Shown: piece after piece, positions 48,500-60,720 of the stretch | How positions within the stretch are numbered: the first letter of the stretch is position 1 | Layout of the letters: the number at the start of each line of letters is the position of its first letter | Source of the DNA: Octopus bimaculoides | Lineage: Eukaryota | DNA length: 63,784 nucleotides | Assembly: GCF_001194135.2 (NCBI RefSeq) | Contig: NC_068985.1 | Location: forward strand, 39,167,384 to 39,231,167 | Reading direction: 5' to 3' | Position numbers and translations under genes: made by a program | Notes under the pieces: model-generated | What the model was told of the DNA's origin: nothing | The model's input: the letters and a program-made list of their open reading frames with translations, nothing else | The model's database searches: none

Positions 48500-49149
48500 T
48501 GTATGTATGCGTGTGTGTCCCAATGGGTATGTTTGTCTATTGGCATGTGTGTCTGCCTGTACCTATTTCATGTGCGACTATGTGTTGCCTACGTGTATGT
48601 GAGCGTGTGTCTGCGAGAGCAGTGTGTGCGAGGGCAGTGTGTGCGAGAGCGTGTGTAGATAAACGCACGTGCAATTATAAACATTATTGCCAATATTATT
48701 CGAAATGAAATTAAAATTGTTCAGATAGAAAAACTAGATTTATAGAAATGTCATTTTGTAACCTTCGCTGATTAAAGTTACGAGTGGGAATAAACACGCA
48801 TAAATTGCTTCTCAAGACATTATTTTGAATGGACGCCTAAACTAATATCGTTTGTAGAAAATTTTCAATTTTGTTGTAAATATATTTTATGTTGTTATCT
48901 ATTTATCATTTATATATTTGCTTTTGCTTAATATACGATGATATTTACAACAATACCAACAGCAATCTGAACACTAATATAAATACTAAAAAGAATAGAA
49001 ATAATAACTAAAAAAAATAGAGAATAGAATAAAAAAATCATTCGAGAAACATAGAAAGACAACCTATCAAAGTTATATAACTATAAAGGCTGCGGCAATA
49101 AATAAGAGCACAAACAACAACAAGAAGACGAATGCCAATGGTGATGATG

Positions 49150-49450
49150 ATTGTTTCTAACTTAAGGGTAACAATTTTCGAACACAGTATAGGCGATTGC
49201 AGTGACCTCAATACATGACTGCTATTTTATTTTTATCAACCGCTGGTATATGAAAACCGACATTAAACTCAGCAAGATTATTTAAGGGTAACAATTTTCG
49301 AGCACAGTTTAGGCGATTAAAGCGACCTCAATATATGACTGGTATTGCAAACCGACGTTAACCTCAGCAAGATTTGAACTCGGAACTTTAAAATTGGATT
49401 AAATACTGTAATTCATTTTGCTCTGCTCCTTAATAACTTGCCAATCCACC
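49150..49450 (-). mobile_element. Old SINE family A-like copy with internal tandem duplication
   Basis: TTAAGGGTAACAATTTTCGA..CACAGT..TAGGCGATT...GACCTCAATA..TGACTG...AAACCGAC.TTAA.CTCAGCAAGATT occurs twice, followed by TTGAACTCGGAAC. Confidence 0.6.
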
Positions 49451-50083
49451 ACTGTTATGACATTTATTATTCTATAAAAGCACATAAATTTCGTGGGAAG
49501 TTTAGTTGACCGCAGCACTTTCTGTGTATAAGTGTGCGCGCACACACATACACCCGCATCTCCCATTCCGCCATATATATATATATANNNNNNNNNNNNN
49601 NNNNNNNNNNNNNNNNNNNNNNNNNNNNNNNNNNNNNNNNNNNNNNNNNNNNNNNNNNNNNNNNNNNNNNNNNNNNNNNNNNNNNNNNNNNNNNNNNNNN
49701 NNNNNNNNNNNNNNNNNNNNNNNNNNNNNNNNNNNNNNNNNNNNNNNNNNNNNNNNNNNNNNNNNNNNNNNNNNNNNNNNNNNNNNNNNNNNNNNNNNNN
49801 NNNNNNNNNNNNNNNNNNNNNNNNNNNNNNNNNNNNNNNNNNNNNNNNNNNNNNNNNNNNNNNNNNNNNNNNNNNNNNNNNNNNNNNNNNNNNNNNNNNN
49901 NNNNNNNNNNNNNNNNNNNNNNNNNNNNNNNNNNNNNNNNNNNNNNNNNNNNNNNNNATATATATATATATATACACACATATATATATATATATACATA
50001 TAGTAGAAATTAACAGAAAAACAAAAGGCGAAGACAGTTATATAAGCAACGTGCACGTTTGACACTGGGGGAAAGTGAGAAAG

Positions 50084-50121
50084 TCTTTAGCATTTCGAGC
50101 CTTCCTCCTTCAACAGAAAGA
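50084..50121 (-). ncRNA. Decayed copy of the CUGUUGA hammerhead-like motif
   Basis: UCUUU-CUGUUGA-A-GGAGGAAGGCUC-GAAAU-GCU-AAAGA; same stem I and flanks as 62504-62540, but the cleavage triplet is lost. Confidence 0.5.
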
Positions 50122-50743
50122 AACACAAGGAAATAAAGAGAGAGAGAAAAAAACTTGTGGATTTAAGGATCAATCTTGGTGACTGGTTGGAAAAAGGTAG
50201 TTGGATAGGAGAGCTAGGAAAAAAGGGGAGATAATAAATTGCTGGTGATCCAAAAACGAAGGTGCACGCGCGTGTATTTGAGAGTGCGTAAGTTTATGCG
50301 TGTGGATAGGGGCTAGTGAATTTCACGTGTGGATGTGTGCATACGTGTGCGTGTGTAAATGTGTGCGTGTGTAAGTGTACGCGTGTGTAAGTGTGTGCGA
50401 GTGTAAGTGTGTGCGTCTGTACTGTTTGAGTGTGCAGATGATGGTATCTGGTGTGGGTGCTGGGAAGTGGTCAGTGCTAATGTGTGTGGAGTGGTGTGGG
50501 GTGGTGCGGGGTGGTGTGATGTGGTGTGAGGTGATCTAAACGACTAGGCATGCCGGTAAGTGCTGTACAGGATTACCAGGGCTCCAAGCTCATAGCCGAG
50601 ACGTGAGTTGTGGAACCATTTTAGATTTCCGATACAGCGTTTGTTGTCCTCTTTAACAATTATATATGCATCTTAAATTCAACTTACGCTGAAAGTCAAC
50701 AAGCAGAGTTTGCTTTAGAAGCGTTGAGATGTATTGAAAGACA

Positions 50744-50936
50744 CAGATAGGGAAATAATTTTATTCTCAAACGCAGGATGAAGCTAATAATATAGCCTGA
50801 ACAGGATAAACTATCCACATTTTGCAGAAAAATCTGCCGCCGACAAATTTTTCTGCAAAATATGGATAGTTTATCCTGTTCAGGTTATATTATTAGCATC
50901 ATCCTGCGTTTGAGAATAAAATTGTTTCCTTATCTG
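50744..50936. repeat. Near-perfect palindrome: 90-bp arms, 13-nt loop (foldback/MITE-like)
   Basis: 50744-50833 pairs with 50847-50936 with about 5 mismatches; ends CAG...CTG with TA on the right flank. Confidence 0.95.
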
Positions 50937-51109
50937 TATATATATATATTCACGTCTGGCTGTATAGCCTTCTTGTTTGTTCTCACTGTTTCGTTTTCCT
51001 GTTTTGTTTTGTCCGCCACTACATTCCTCCACGTTACAAATTTAGTTTGAATTAAATTTAATTTAATTGTAATTTGTGGATTCGTGGGAAAAGCCATTTT
51101 AACGATGCG

Positions 51110-51325
51110 TCCTACCCTAACTCTTCGAAACGCCTGAGTTAGAATGTGGGCAGCTGATGAAGGAGATGTTCTCTATGTGGCCTGTGTATTTTCTGTACTC
51201 GTTTATCATTTTGTCTACGCTTTGTTTGCAATGTCCTGTACCCAGATATGCATCTACATATACAGGTAGATGTAAGTATGTACATACATGTACGTATATA
51301 TGCACATACTCATTTATTATTTGTA
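51110..51325 (+). mobile_element. Repeat family F, copy 5
   Basis: CTCTTCGAAACGCCTGAGTTAGAATGTGGGCAGCTGATGAAGGAGATGTTCTCTATGTGG...CAATGTCCTGTACCCAGATATGC. Confidence 0.8.
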
Positions 51326-51350
51326 TTATATATATATATTCAAAGGGCTG

Positions 51351-51381
<31 letters not shown>

Positions 51382-52371
51382 AGGGCTTCCGAACGATGTA
51401 CGTTTAACAAATTCTGCCAAGCATTGGTCAGTCACGTGGTTACAAAACCACCTTTATATCCACATGGCCTTTCACATCCATATCTCTCTATCTGCTTATG
51501 CGTCTCTCTCTATGTATATGTGTTGATGTATATATATTTATGGATTCCCATTTCCCACAAGTAGAATATTATACAATTCTATATGTGGTATTCTCCAAGT
51601 TCCTTACTCCTTCTGAATGTACACGTATTACATATATATAAAAAAGATTTATTGAAAAATATTTGCGATACCTGTCTCGTAGTATTACAGATTTCACACT
51701 TGCAGAGTTTTTTTTAGTTTTTTTTTACTATAACAAGAAATATTATAAATAACAAATACACAACTGGTTTTCGTTTTCCTTGTATTTCTACAACAACATT
51801 TCTTACGCCAAGAGGGAAACATTTAGCCTATTCTGAAAAACTCCAAGCCGTACACAAAATAGGACATTACAATCCAATTCTTCTTTCCATGCTTATGGAA
51901 AAAAAGTCATATTCCCGGATAAAAATTTTATAGATTTGTTAGTTCTAATATCTGCATTTCTTAGTGTCATTTCCTGTATATTTTTATATTAATAGTGAAA
52001 ATTACTAGTGATATATCTACGTTAGCTATAGGTAGCGATTTGGATTAATTGTGTTCTGGGTAGCCAAAATGTAAGGAAGTTTCTTCTCCGATGAAGGGAC
52101 AATCTTCTCAGATGCAGATCTAATACCGAATTACCACGTCTTTTCCCTTTTCCTAAAGAGAACAGTAGATTTTTTTCACAGTCTATAGTTTCTCCGGGTA
52201 AGGGCTTCAGATGAAAGACTGTAGATTTTTCAACATTATATATGTTGAGTTGCTCTGATTTGTGCGATATCATTACCTTATTCGTTATAATTGTAATTAT
52301 ATTTATTATTGTTTTTGTGGTTGTTGTTATTGTTACTGTCATTATTACTACTGTAGTTGCTGTTATTGTTA

Positions 52372-52609
52372 GGGCGGCGAGCTAGCAGAATCGTTAGCAC
52401 GCCAGGCAAAGATGATTTGCGGTATTTCGTCTGCCGCTGCGTTCTGAGTTAAAATTCCACCGAGGTCGGCTTTGCCTCTCATCCTTTCGGGGTCGATAAA
52501 TTAAGTACCAGTGGAACACTAGGTATCGATATAATTGACTAATCCCCTCTCCGGAAAAATATCAGCTCTTGTGCCTTAATAGAAAGGATTCTTCTTCTTC
52601 TTCTTCTTC

Positions 52610-52680
<71 letters not shown>
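52372..52680 (+). mobile_element. SINE family A with (TCT)n(TAT)n tail
   Basis: GGGCGGCGAGCTAGCAGAATCGTTAGC...CATCCTTTCGGGGTCGATAAATTAAGTACCAG...AATAGAAAGGATT then the microsatellite. Confidence 0.92.
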
Positions 52681-52681
<1 letters not shown>

Positions 52682-52856
52682 NNNNNNNNNNNNNNNNNNN
52701 NNNNNNNNNNNNNNNNNNNNNNNNNNNNNNNNNNNNNNNNNNNNNNNNNNNNNNNNNNNNNNNNNNNNNNNNNNNNNNNNNNNNNNNNNNNNNNNNNNNN
52801 NNNNNNNNNNNNNNNNNNNNNNNNNNNNNNNNNNNNNNNNNNNNNNNNNNNNNNNN

Positions 52857-52888
<32 letters not shown>

Positions 52889-54656
52889 AAATACACAGAC
52901 ATAAGTGTTTATGATTGCCTGTGTGTAAATATGTAAAAACCAAGACAAAAAGAAGAAACTGAATGTTCATATATAAGCGGTCTGTATACCTTCTTCAGTA
53001 TATAAATAACATTTATGTATTTACAGCCTTAAATATCGACACGGAGAAATAGTTATATATGCATATCTTAAGATGCATTTATGTAATGTATTAGCATATG
53101 TATGTTTGTAGACGTGTGTGCGAGTGAGCAAGCACACGGTTTTTTGCCTTTATTTTCTACGTAACATTTTTCTTCATCTTTCTACTGTCAAACTCATTCT
53201 TTCTCACTCTTCCTCAGCTTCTATCTTCCTCTTTCTTCCTCAATTTCTCTCTTTCACCTCAACCAATAAATCTAGGTAAATCTTTTGCACAATACACATG
53301 CACACACATACACACAGACACGCGTATTCTCACTCCCTTTGGCATTCTCTTTTCTCTCACAATTTATCTCCCTTTTTTTCTGTTTCTGTATATCTTTCTT
53401 TCAGTAACTCGCTCCCATCCCTTCACTGCACGTTGTGTGCAATCCGGGTTGCCTTGATATGTATGCATAATAGATATAAGAATACTACAAAGTAATGCCT
53501 GAATGTATGTGTCCGCGCGTGTGTGTTCTGTGTGTGTTGTGTTGTGTGTGTGTATGTGTTATTTTACATGTGTGTGAATGCATGTCTTCTTTTATACATG
53601 TGCAGTATTTCAAATATATGATTGTCGCTACATAAATGCATCAGATTTCTCTTTTCCTACTACTTCGCTTCCGCCATTTTTCTGTTGTGTGTATGGCTCA
53701 ATGAGTGTGTGTGTGTTTACATGCGCATACGTTTATGTTCTGCGCACAGGCGTAAGTGAGTGCGTGAAAATCATTTGAACATGTTCTCCTCATATGTGGT
53801 TCCTTTCTGAATGTCTTTGGCAGTTTTATTTAAGGGGTTCCTGTTGCCTTAGCAACATGCAGATGATATACGTGTAGTATCAATCAATACAGGTAGATAT
53901 GGAGACGAAGAAAATAAAATCTCTGATGAGTTGGAAACGCGTTCTCACATTTTTTTTGTTTTTCTTTTTTTTCCTTTTATATAAAAGAACGTCAGTATAT
54001 AAGACATATTACCATGATAACCATTCCTTGTCTGATTATTCTTGCTTCATTCAATAAACAAACCTATCTCCTTTATCAACCTAGATATTCCCTATATCTT
54101 CCTTCTATTTATTTATCTGTCTTCATCTATATCTGTATCATAATTTTCTTTCTCTGTCCTCATTTTCTCTTTCTCCTCATATATATATACATATATGCAT
54201 ACATACATATATATATATATNNNNNNNNNNNNNNNNNNNNNNNNNNNNNNNNNNNNNNNNNNNNNNNNNNNNNNNNNNNNNNNNNNNNNNNNNNNNNNNN
54301 NNNNNNNNNNNNNNNNNNNNNNNNNNNNNNNNNNNNNNNNNNNNNNNNNNNNNNNNNNNNNNNNNNNNNNNNNNNNNNNNNNNNNNNNNNNNNNNNNNNN
54401 NNNNNNNNNNNNNNNNNNNNNNNNNNNNNNNNNNNNNNNNNNNNNNNNNNNNNNNNNNNNNNNNNNNNNNNNNNNNNNNNNNNNNNNNNNNNNNNNNNNN
54501 NNNNNNNNNNNNNNNNNNNNNNNNNNNNNNNNNNNNNNNNNNNNNNNNNNNNNNNNNNNNNNNNNNNNNNNNNNNNNNNNCATATATATTCATACATGCA
54601 CATATGTATATGTATATATATATATATATATATATTCATATATATATACATATATG

Positions 54657-54689
<33 letters not shown>

Positions 54690-55141
54690 GGCAAATAACA
54701 GACGGAGAATGAAAATGGAATATACGAGTATTATTAATCACGACAATTGTTTCGACACATCTAGCATCGATCCCTCATAGTGGGACACTCAACAATTGGT
54801 TCAGGAGCATCCGGTGGTGAAGATGCATCTCGTCGGGTGATAAAATATATTAACACTCGTTAAAATAACAGTTCTGCAATGTAACTTTTCGTTTCGTAGA
54901 AAAGCAGCCACATGGAGGAAATATCTTCATTTATATAGAAGATCAAAAATAAAATCAAAGATAGCAAAAAGAGAAACGAACACGCAATTCACCGAGAAAA
55001 CTATTTATATACATGTTTGTATTTATGTATGTATATACATATATATGTGTCTGTTGGTTCGTATATATATATATATATATATATGTACGTCTGTACGCGC
55101 GCACGCGCGTGTGTATGTATGTGTGCATCTGTATACCTGTG

Positions 55142-55181
<40 letters not shown>

Positions 55182-55732
55182 TATAGTCATGCAGGTATGC
55201 GAATGTAGTTCTATGTGCTTATATTTACACATAAAAAGAAAGGCATTAAACGATTTAAAAACTCTATACGCGAAGTTATGCCAAACATTGCTTTTCAAGC
55301 TGTCGGAGATATAAGGATTTTAGTGACCAACTGATATAATTAGGCCAAAAATTCTCAGAGCAGGCACTGGGGACTCAATGTTCATTTAATTCATTTAATA
55401 TTGTTATACATCACTAATCACAATTCGCTTCTAATTTCTCCTTGATTGCTCCATAATATTTAAGTATTTTTTGAAGTTTTAGTTATAAATTCATTAAACC
55501 CAAAGTATTATTCAAGTAAATAGTAAATATTCAGCATTATTTGTGAGTTGACGGAATAGGTGAAGAATTACATCATATGTGCCTGTCTTTCTGTCTGTCT
55601 GTCAATGCCAGTCACTCCACATGTTGCCAGCAAGTGTTGGTTTCTTTACAACCCCGTAACATAGTATTTCCGGAAAATAGAATTATAGAATATGTTCCAG
55701 ATTTTAAAAGTAAGTACTGTGTTCCAGTAAAC

Positions 55733-56069
55733 TATTGGTCCTCAACCAGGATCCAATGGTACTTGAGGGTCCATATAAGAGTTTTTGGGGTCTACACAAA
55801 ATAGTAAATTGGGGATCCACAATAGTATTTTAAGGGCCCCTATAAACATTTAGCTTTAGATGTATGCATTGGTATGTATTGCAAGAAACAGCTGGGTTTC
55901 TTTCTCAACCTACACAAGCTAATGTGCAGAAGGCAAAATAGGAATTATGAAACAAGTTTCTACATAACTAGTTTTTAAGCATCAAATGGCTATGGGGTGG
56001 GGTCTACCTGAATAAAATAGTAGTCAAAGGGGTCCATAAATAAAAAACAAAAATGGTTGAGAACCCCTC
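55733..56069. mobile_element. hAT-type MITE, copy 2
   Basis: TATTGGTCCTCAACC ... GGTTGAGAACCCCT termini; interior matches 1610-1932. Confidence 0.72.
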
Positions 56070-56282
56070 GGCTAAATCGTTCAAGGCGGTGACCCATCAT
56101 AGTCGCAGTCCAGTGATTGAAACAAGTAAATGATAAATGACGAATACCACAGGACATTTTTTTCTTTTCCTTTTAAATGATTCGAATAAATTTTGGCTTA
56201 TAGAAGAAACTAATAATTTTGTGTATATAGAAAATATATCAGTACGAATTCAACAGACATATGATATAATATTAGGATTGTA

Positions 56283-56500
56283 AGGCGGCGAACTGGCAGA
56301 AAAGTTAGCACGCCGGACGAAATGTTTAACGGTATTTCGTCTGTCTTTACGTTCTGAGTTCAAATTCCGCCGAGGTCAGCTTTGCTTTTCATCCTTTCGG
56401 AGTCGATAAAGTATATACCAGTTGCGTACTGTGGTCGATCTAATCGACTGGCTCCCTCACCAAAAATTTCGGGCCTTGTGCCTAGAGTACAAAAGAATAT
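56283..56500 (+). mobile_element. SINE family A
   Basis: AGGCGGCGAACTGGCAGAAAAGTTAGCACGCCGGACGAAATG...AATTTCGGGCCTTGTGCCTAGAGTAC. Confidence 0.93.
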
Positions 56501-56734
56501 AAGGATTGTCATAGGCTTGCGTCAATTACAAGAAAGGGCCATAACATTAAAAAGTGTACGTACACTATACTTTGTAATTTAAACCTATTAAGCAGAGGAT
56601 GAAGCATTGCTAATATTTAGTCAAATAAAATAACGTAAGACCTCTATGTCAAATTAACGGAAGGTGAACGAAAGTGAATAGATTAGAATAAAACTTAGAA
56701 TATACATAATTTTTGTTTTGTGATTGCGTCTATA

Positions 56735-56876
56735 CTGCGGCACAGCCTTGAGTGATTTAGTCGAACAAATCAAGTATTAAATTCGGAACACTTAAACAAA
56801 ACAACACCGGTCATTGAGTGGTGGTTGCTACAAAAAACAAACACATACTCACACAACACTCATATATCTATTTATC

Positions 56877-56951
<75 letters not shown>

Positions 56952-57438
56952 ACACACATATAAGTGAGCTTGCAGGGACGTATTATCCAGGCGGATGCCG
57001 TGTTTGCTCTTAGTTCGTTTCCAGATATATGCCTGTACCTACAATAAGTTTTTAGAGAAGGTTTACCAACGTCTATACATACATACATACATACATATAN
57101 NNNNNNNNNNNNNNNNNNNNNNNNNNNNNNNNNNNNNNNNNNNNNNNNNNNNNNNNNNNNNNNNNNNNNNNNNNNNNNNNNNNNNNNNNNNNNNNNNNNN
57201 NNNNNNNNNNNNNNNNNNNNNNNNNNNNNNNNNNNNNNNNNNNNNNNNNNNNNNNNNNNNNNNNNNNNNNNNNNNNATATATATAAAGAGCTTCTATACA
57301 GTTTCCGTCTACAACATTCACTCACAACACAGCTTGGAAGTATTGAATAAGACAAGTGCCCAATATACCGCGCAGTGGGACTGAACCTGAAACGAGTGGT
57401 TGCAAAGCGGGCAGCTTAACCACACTACTATGCCTGCA
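56735..57438 (-). mobile_element. Old SINE family B split by an expanded internal microsatellite and a gap
   Basis: Head half at 57290-57438 (GTTTCCGTCTAC...CGCGCAGTGGGACTGAACC); decayed 3' half at 56735-56845. Confidence 0.55.
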
Positions 57439-57924
57439 TGAGTACAAAGTAACTATAAAGCATATTAAAACATGATACAAATAAGGAAATGGAGTATAGA
57501 AATAATCAAGCTGTTGCAATGATTAGACGTACATGATTGTGTAGTAGGCAGTAATTAAAAATCATGAGGACACATAGTAATTAGAGTTACTGCTCGTAAA
57601 AATAAATTGTAATAAAATTAACTATTAGAATTATATGGAGTTTAATTAACTGGTGGTTGATAAGAAATCATATAATTTTCATTTAATAAAATAAACAAAA
57701 GTAATAAATAAAGTACATATTCAAATATGAATTTAAATAATTAATTAAACTGGTATGAACACCACCCTCGAAGCAGTTTTCAGCTGCATTCGCAATACAT
57801 ACATTTGTGAATATATATATATATGTATGTATGTATATATATGTATATATATATATATGTGTGTGTATATATATATATATATTACGCTATATAAATCTAT
57901 GTATATCCGTGTGTACACACACAC

Positions 57925-57980
<56 letters not shown>

Positions 57981-58444
57981 NNNNNNNNNNNNNNNNNNNN
58001 NNNNNNNNNNNNNNNNNNNNNNNNNNNNNNNNNNNNTATATATATGTACGTATGTGTTATCGCAATTTTTTGCGTATATAAGAAACAGCATTACCAAGTC
58101 TTTCCTTGCTGACATTTTTCAAAAGAAAGAAACTTATGGTAGCATACAAAAGGGAAAAGAAAAATTTAGCGAAATAACTTTTAGACACTTAATAACTTGT
58201 GTAAACATTTATATGAAATATCGAAAGTCATAACATCCTAAAAATATGAAATACACTGTTTTGGCTCCAAGCAGTTTTCTTTTCGTTCATGTTGTATATA
58301 AACTGCTTCAAGCTAAAACCAAGTACTTTAATATTTTTACTATTTTAGATACAAACACACACACACACACGCACACACACACACACTCACACGCAAACAC
58401 ACACGCAAACACACACATATACCCACACATTTGTCATAGATAGG

Positions 58445-58497
<53 letters not shown>

Positions 58498-58911
58498 TGA
58501 CACACGTATATATAATATATTCGTGCATATATACATACATATACCAGTGTGTGCGTGTGTGATTGCGCGCGCGCGTATGTACATATGTATTTACAAGGAA
58601 ATTGTTGGCAGTGACATATATATATTTTCTTGAAAATATCCACTTGCTACGCTACTGAAATCTCCTGTTCAAATTTACTATATTTTACTTTACATACAAT
58701 AAAATTTCATCTATATATACTAATAGAAAATCACTTATCTATCTCCAATCTCTACTTTTCTCATTAGAGTGCGATTTGAAAGAAATTTGTCTGCTATTTC
58801 TAATTGCACCCCAGTGTGCAACTAGTACATATCTTATTGAGTTTAAAGATGAAAGGTAAAGTTAACCTCGATGGAATATGAATTCTTGACGTAAAAGATC
58901 AGGAAAAAATG

Positions 58912-59121
58912 TCTACTATAGGCACAAGGCGAGAAATTTTGTGGGAGTGGGAAGTAGTTGATACCATTATCCCTAGTGCTCAACTGGTACTAATTTCACC
59001 TGCTACGAAAAGATGAATGGTAAAGTCGACCTCGACGAAATTTGAACTCAGAACATAAAGACCGACGAAATGTCGCAAAGCATTTTGTCCAGCGTGCTAA
59101 CGGGACTGCTAGCTGTCGTCT
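58912..59121 (-). mobile_element. SINE family A (plus a fragment at about 58810-58900)
   Basis: CAACTGGTACTAATTT...GGTAAAGTCGACCTCGACGAAATTTGAACTCAGAACATAAAGAC...CAGCGTGCTAACG. Confidence 0.88.
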
Positions 59122-59779
59122 TCGAAGTGTTTATAATGAAAGCAAAACGGTAATGATTGTTGTGATGAAATAGAATAACGTAGTAATGCAACTCTGGAGT
59201 ACTTCTAATGAAATGTATCAGTGGTAGTTTTAATGACACAACATTTCGTAAGATAACAGGGTGATGTCGTAGTAAGATAGGTAAGAACGGAGAAGAAAGA
59301 AAGAAAATTAAAGAAAGTAAAATAAAATGGAAATAGAATATAGTAAAGCAAGATAAAATATAAGAAATGGAAGATGAAAAAGGAGAAAATCAAGTGAAAA
59401 TATAAAATACAATGATAGATAGTAGAGGAACGGCTTTGGCTTCGGTTTCATGCTCTTGCTTGATGGGGCTGGGTAGAGTACGAGGAGGTTTAATTGTTTG
59501 TCATAGGTTCATGGGTGCACCAATATGTTCTCGACACAACCTTTATATATACAGCGTTGATTTTATCGAAACATCTAATTGTGTTCTTTTTAGGCTCTTG
59601 CGTTCTGAGTTCAAATACCACAATGACTTACTTGAGTGGTAGACTTCAGCTGTGGCCCAGTTTAACATGACCTCCTGATGCCTTGATTGTTTCATCGAAT
59701 TCCCCTCTCGCAAGTTTTTCCGCCAGAATTCTGGTTTGAGAATAACTTTTTTCTTCCTGCTTCGTGGTTGCAAAGACAC

Positions 59780-60720
59780 AGCTCATTGGCGACTTTAATG
59801 ACACTTGAGCAGTTACTTGAATGATACAGCTCACTAGCGGCCCAAATGTAACACCTCAACAATTTGTCTAGATACTATTAAGTGATTGTAATGACAACTC
59901 AAACCATTTCCCATGTCATCGCGTGTTTCTAGTAATAATGATGTGTTACTGGGGCATAAATGAATCAATGCAATCGACCTGGTTGCATGAAGGATAATGT
60001 CAATCAAATCAGATCTGTCTCTTTTAAAATTGGAAAGATTCATTTGATAATAAAAATAGACAGCATGGTCACAGCTGGAAAACCTTTATACATAGGTTTA
60101 CTCCTTCATAGTTGACCTCGTGGTATCCAATCCCCAATTGTGATTTTACATCCACCTTACATTCCTTTCTTCTTTCCCAAATGTACTGAATAATTTTGAA
60201 TTTGAGATGGTATATTAGAAAGTTCAAACTCCCACTAATTACATTAGTGAATAGATATAGTAAAATCACTTCAACCAAAATCGTACCTTCAGTGCACCTC
60301 TACACTTAAACTATCACTGATGAACCCTAAGCAAATAATAATAGAACCAATTAACATTTCCCCTTTATTCCTTTCTCAATGACTAATATTATTAGTGGTT
60401 TGTATCTAATACAATCTTCTCTTACCTGTTATATCTTCTTTTCCTTGAGATTTTCTTATTTCGTTGATCATTGAAAACTACGTATTTGTTTAACTTTTCA
60501 ATGAACTTTCGCTTCATTCTTGTTCCTTCAATCTAATGCAACTACTCCATATTGGAAAATGCTTGGAACAGCCATCATGTTGTATATCGACCACTCTTGC
60601 GTAAATTGTTCCTAATTTTCAACAACACTACTTGCTATGCAATATTTTATTTCACACTACTAATTTAACACAACCACTTGGTGTTCGCTTTCAACCACTT
60701 TCACCACAAATTGCACATAA
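59780..60720 (-). mobile_element. Highly decayed CR1-like LINE remnant
   Basis: Ordered weak matches: WLK...QVVVLN; LGFISDSL..VH; ILLYLFTNV; NYEG; RSDLIDIILH..TR. These follow the CR1 RT and C-terminal motif order. Confidence 0.4.
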
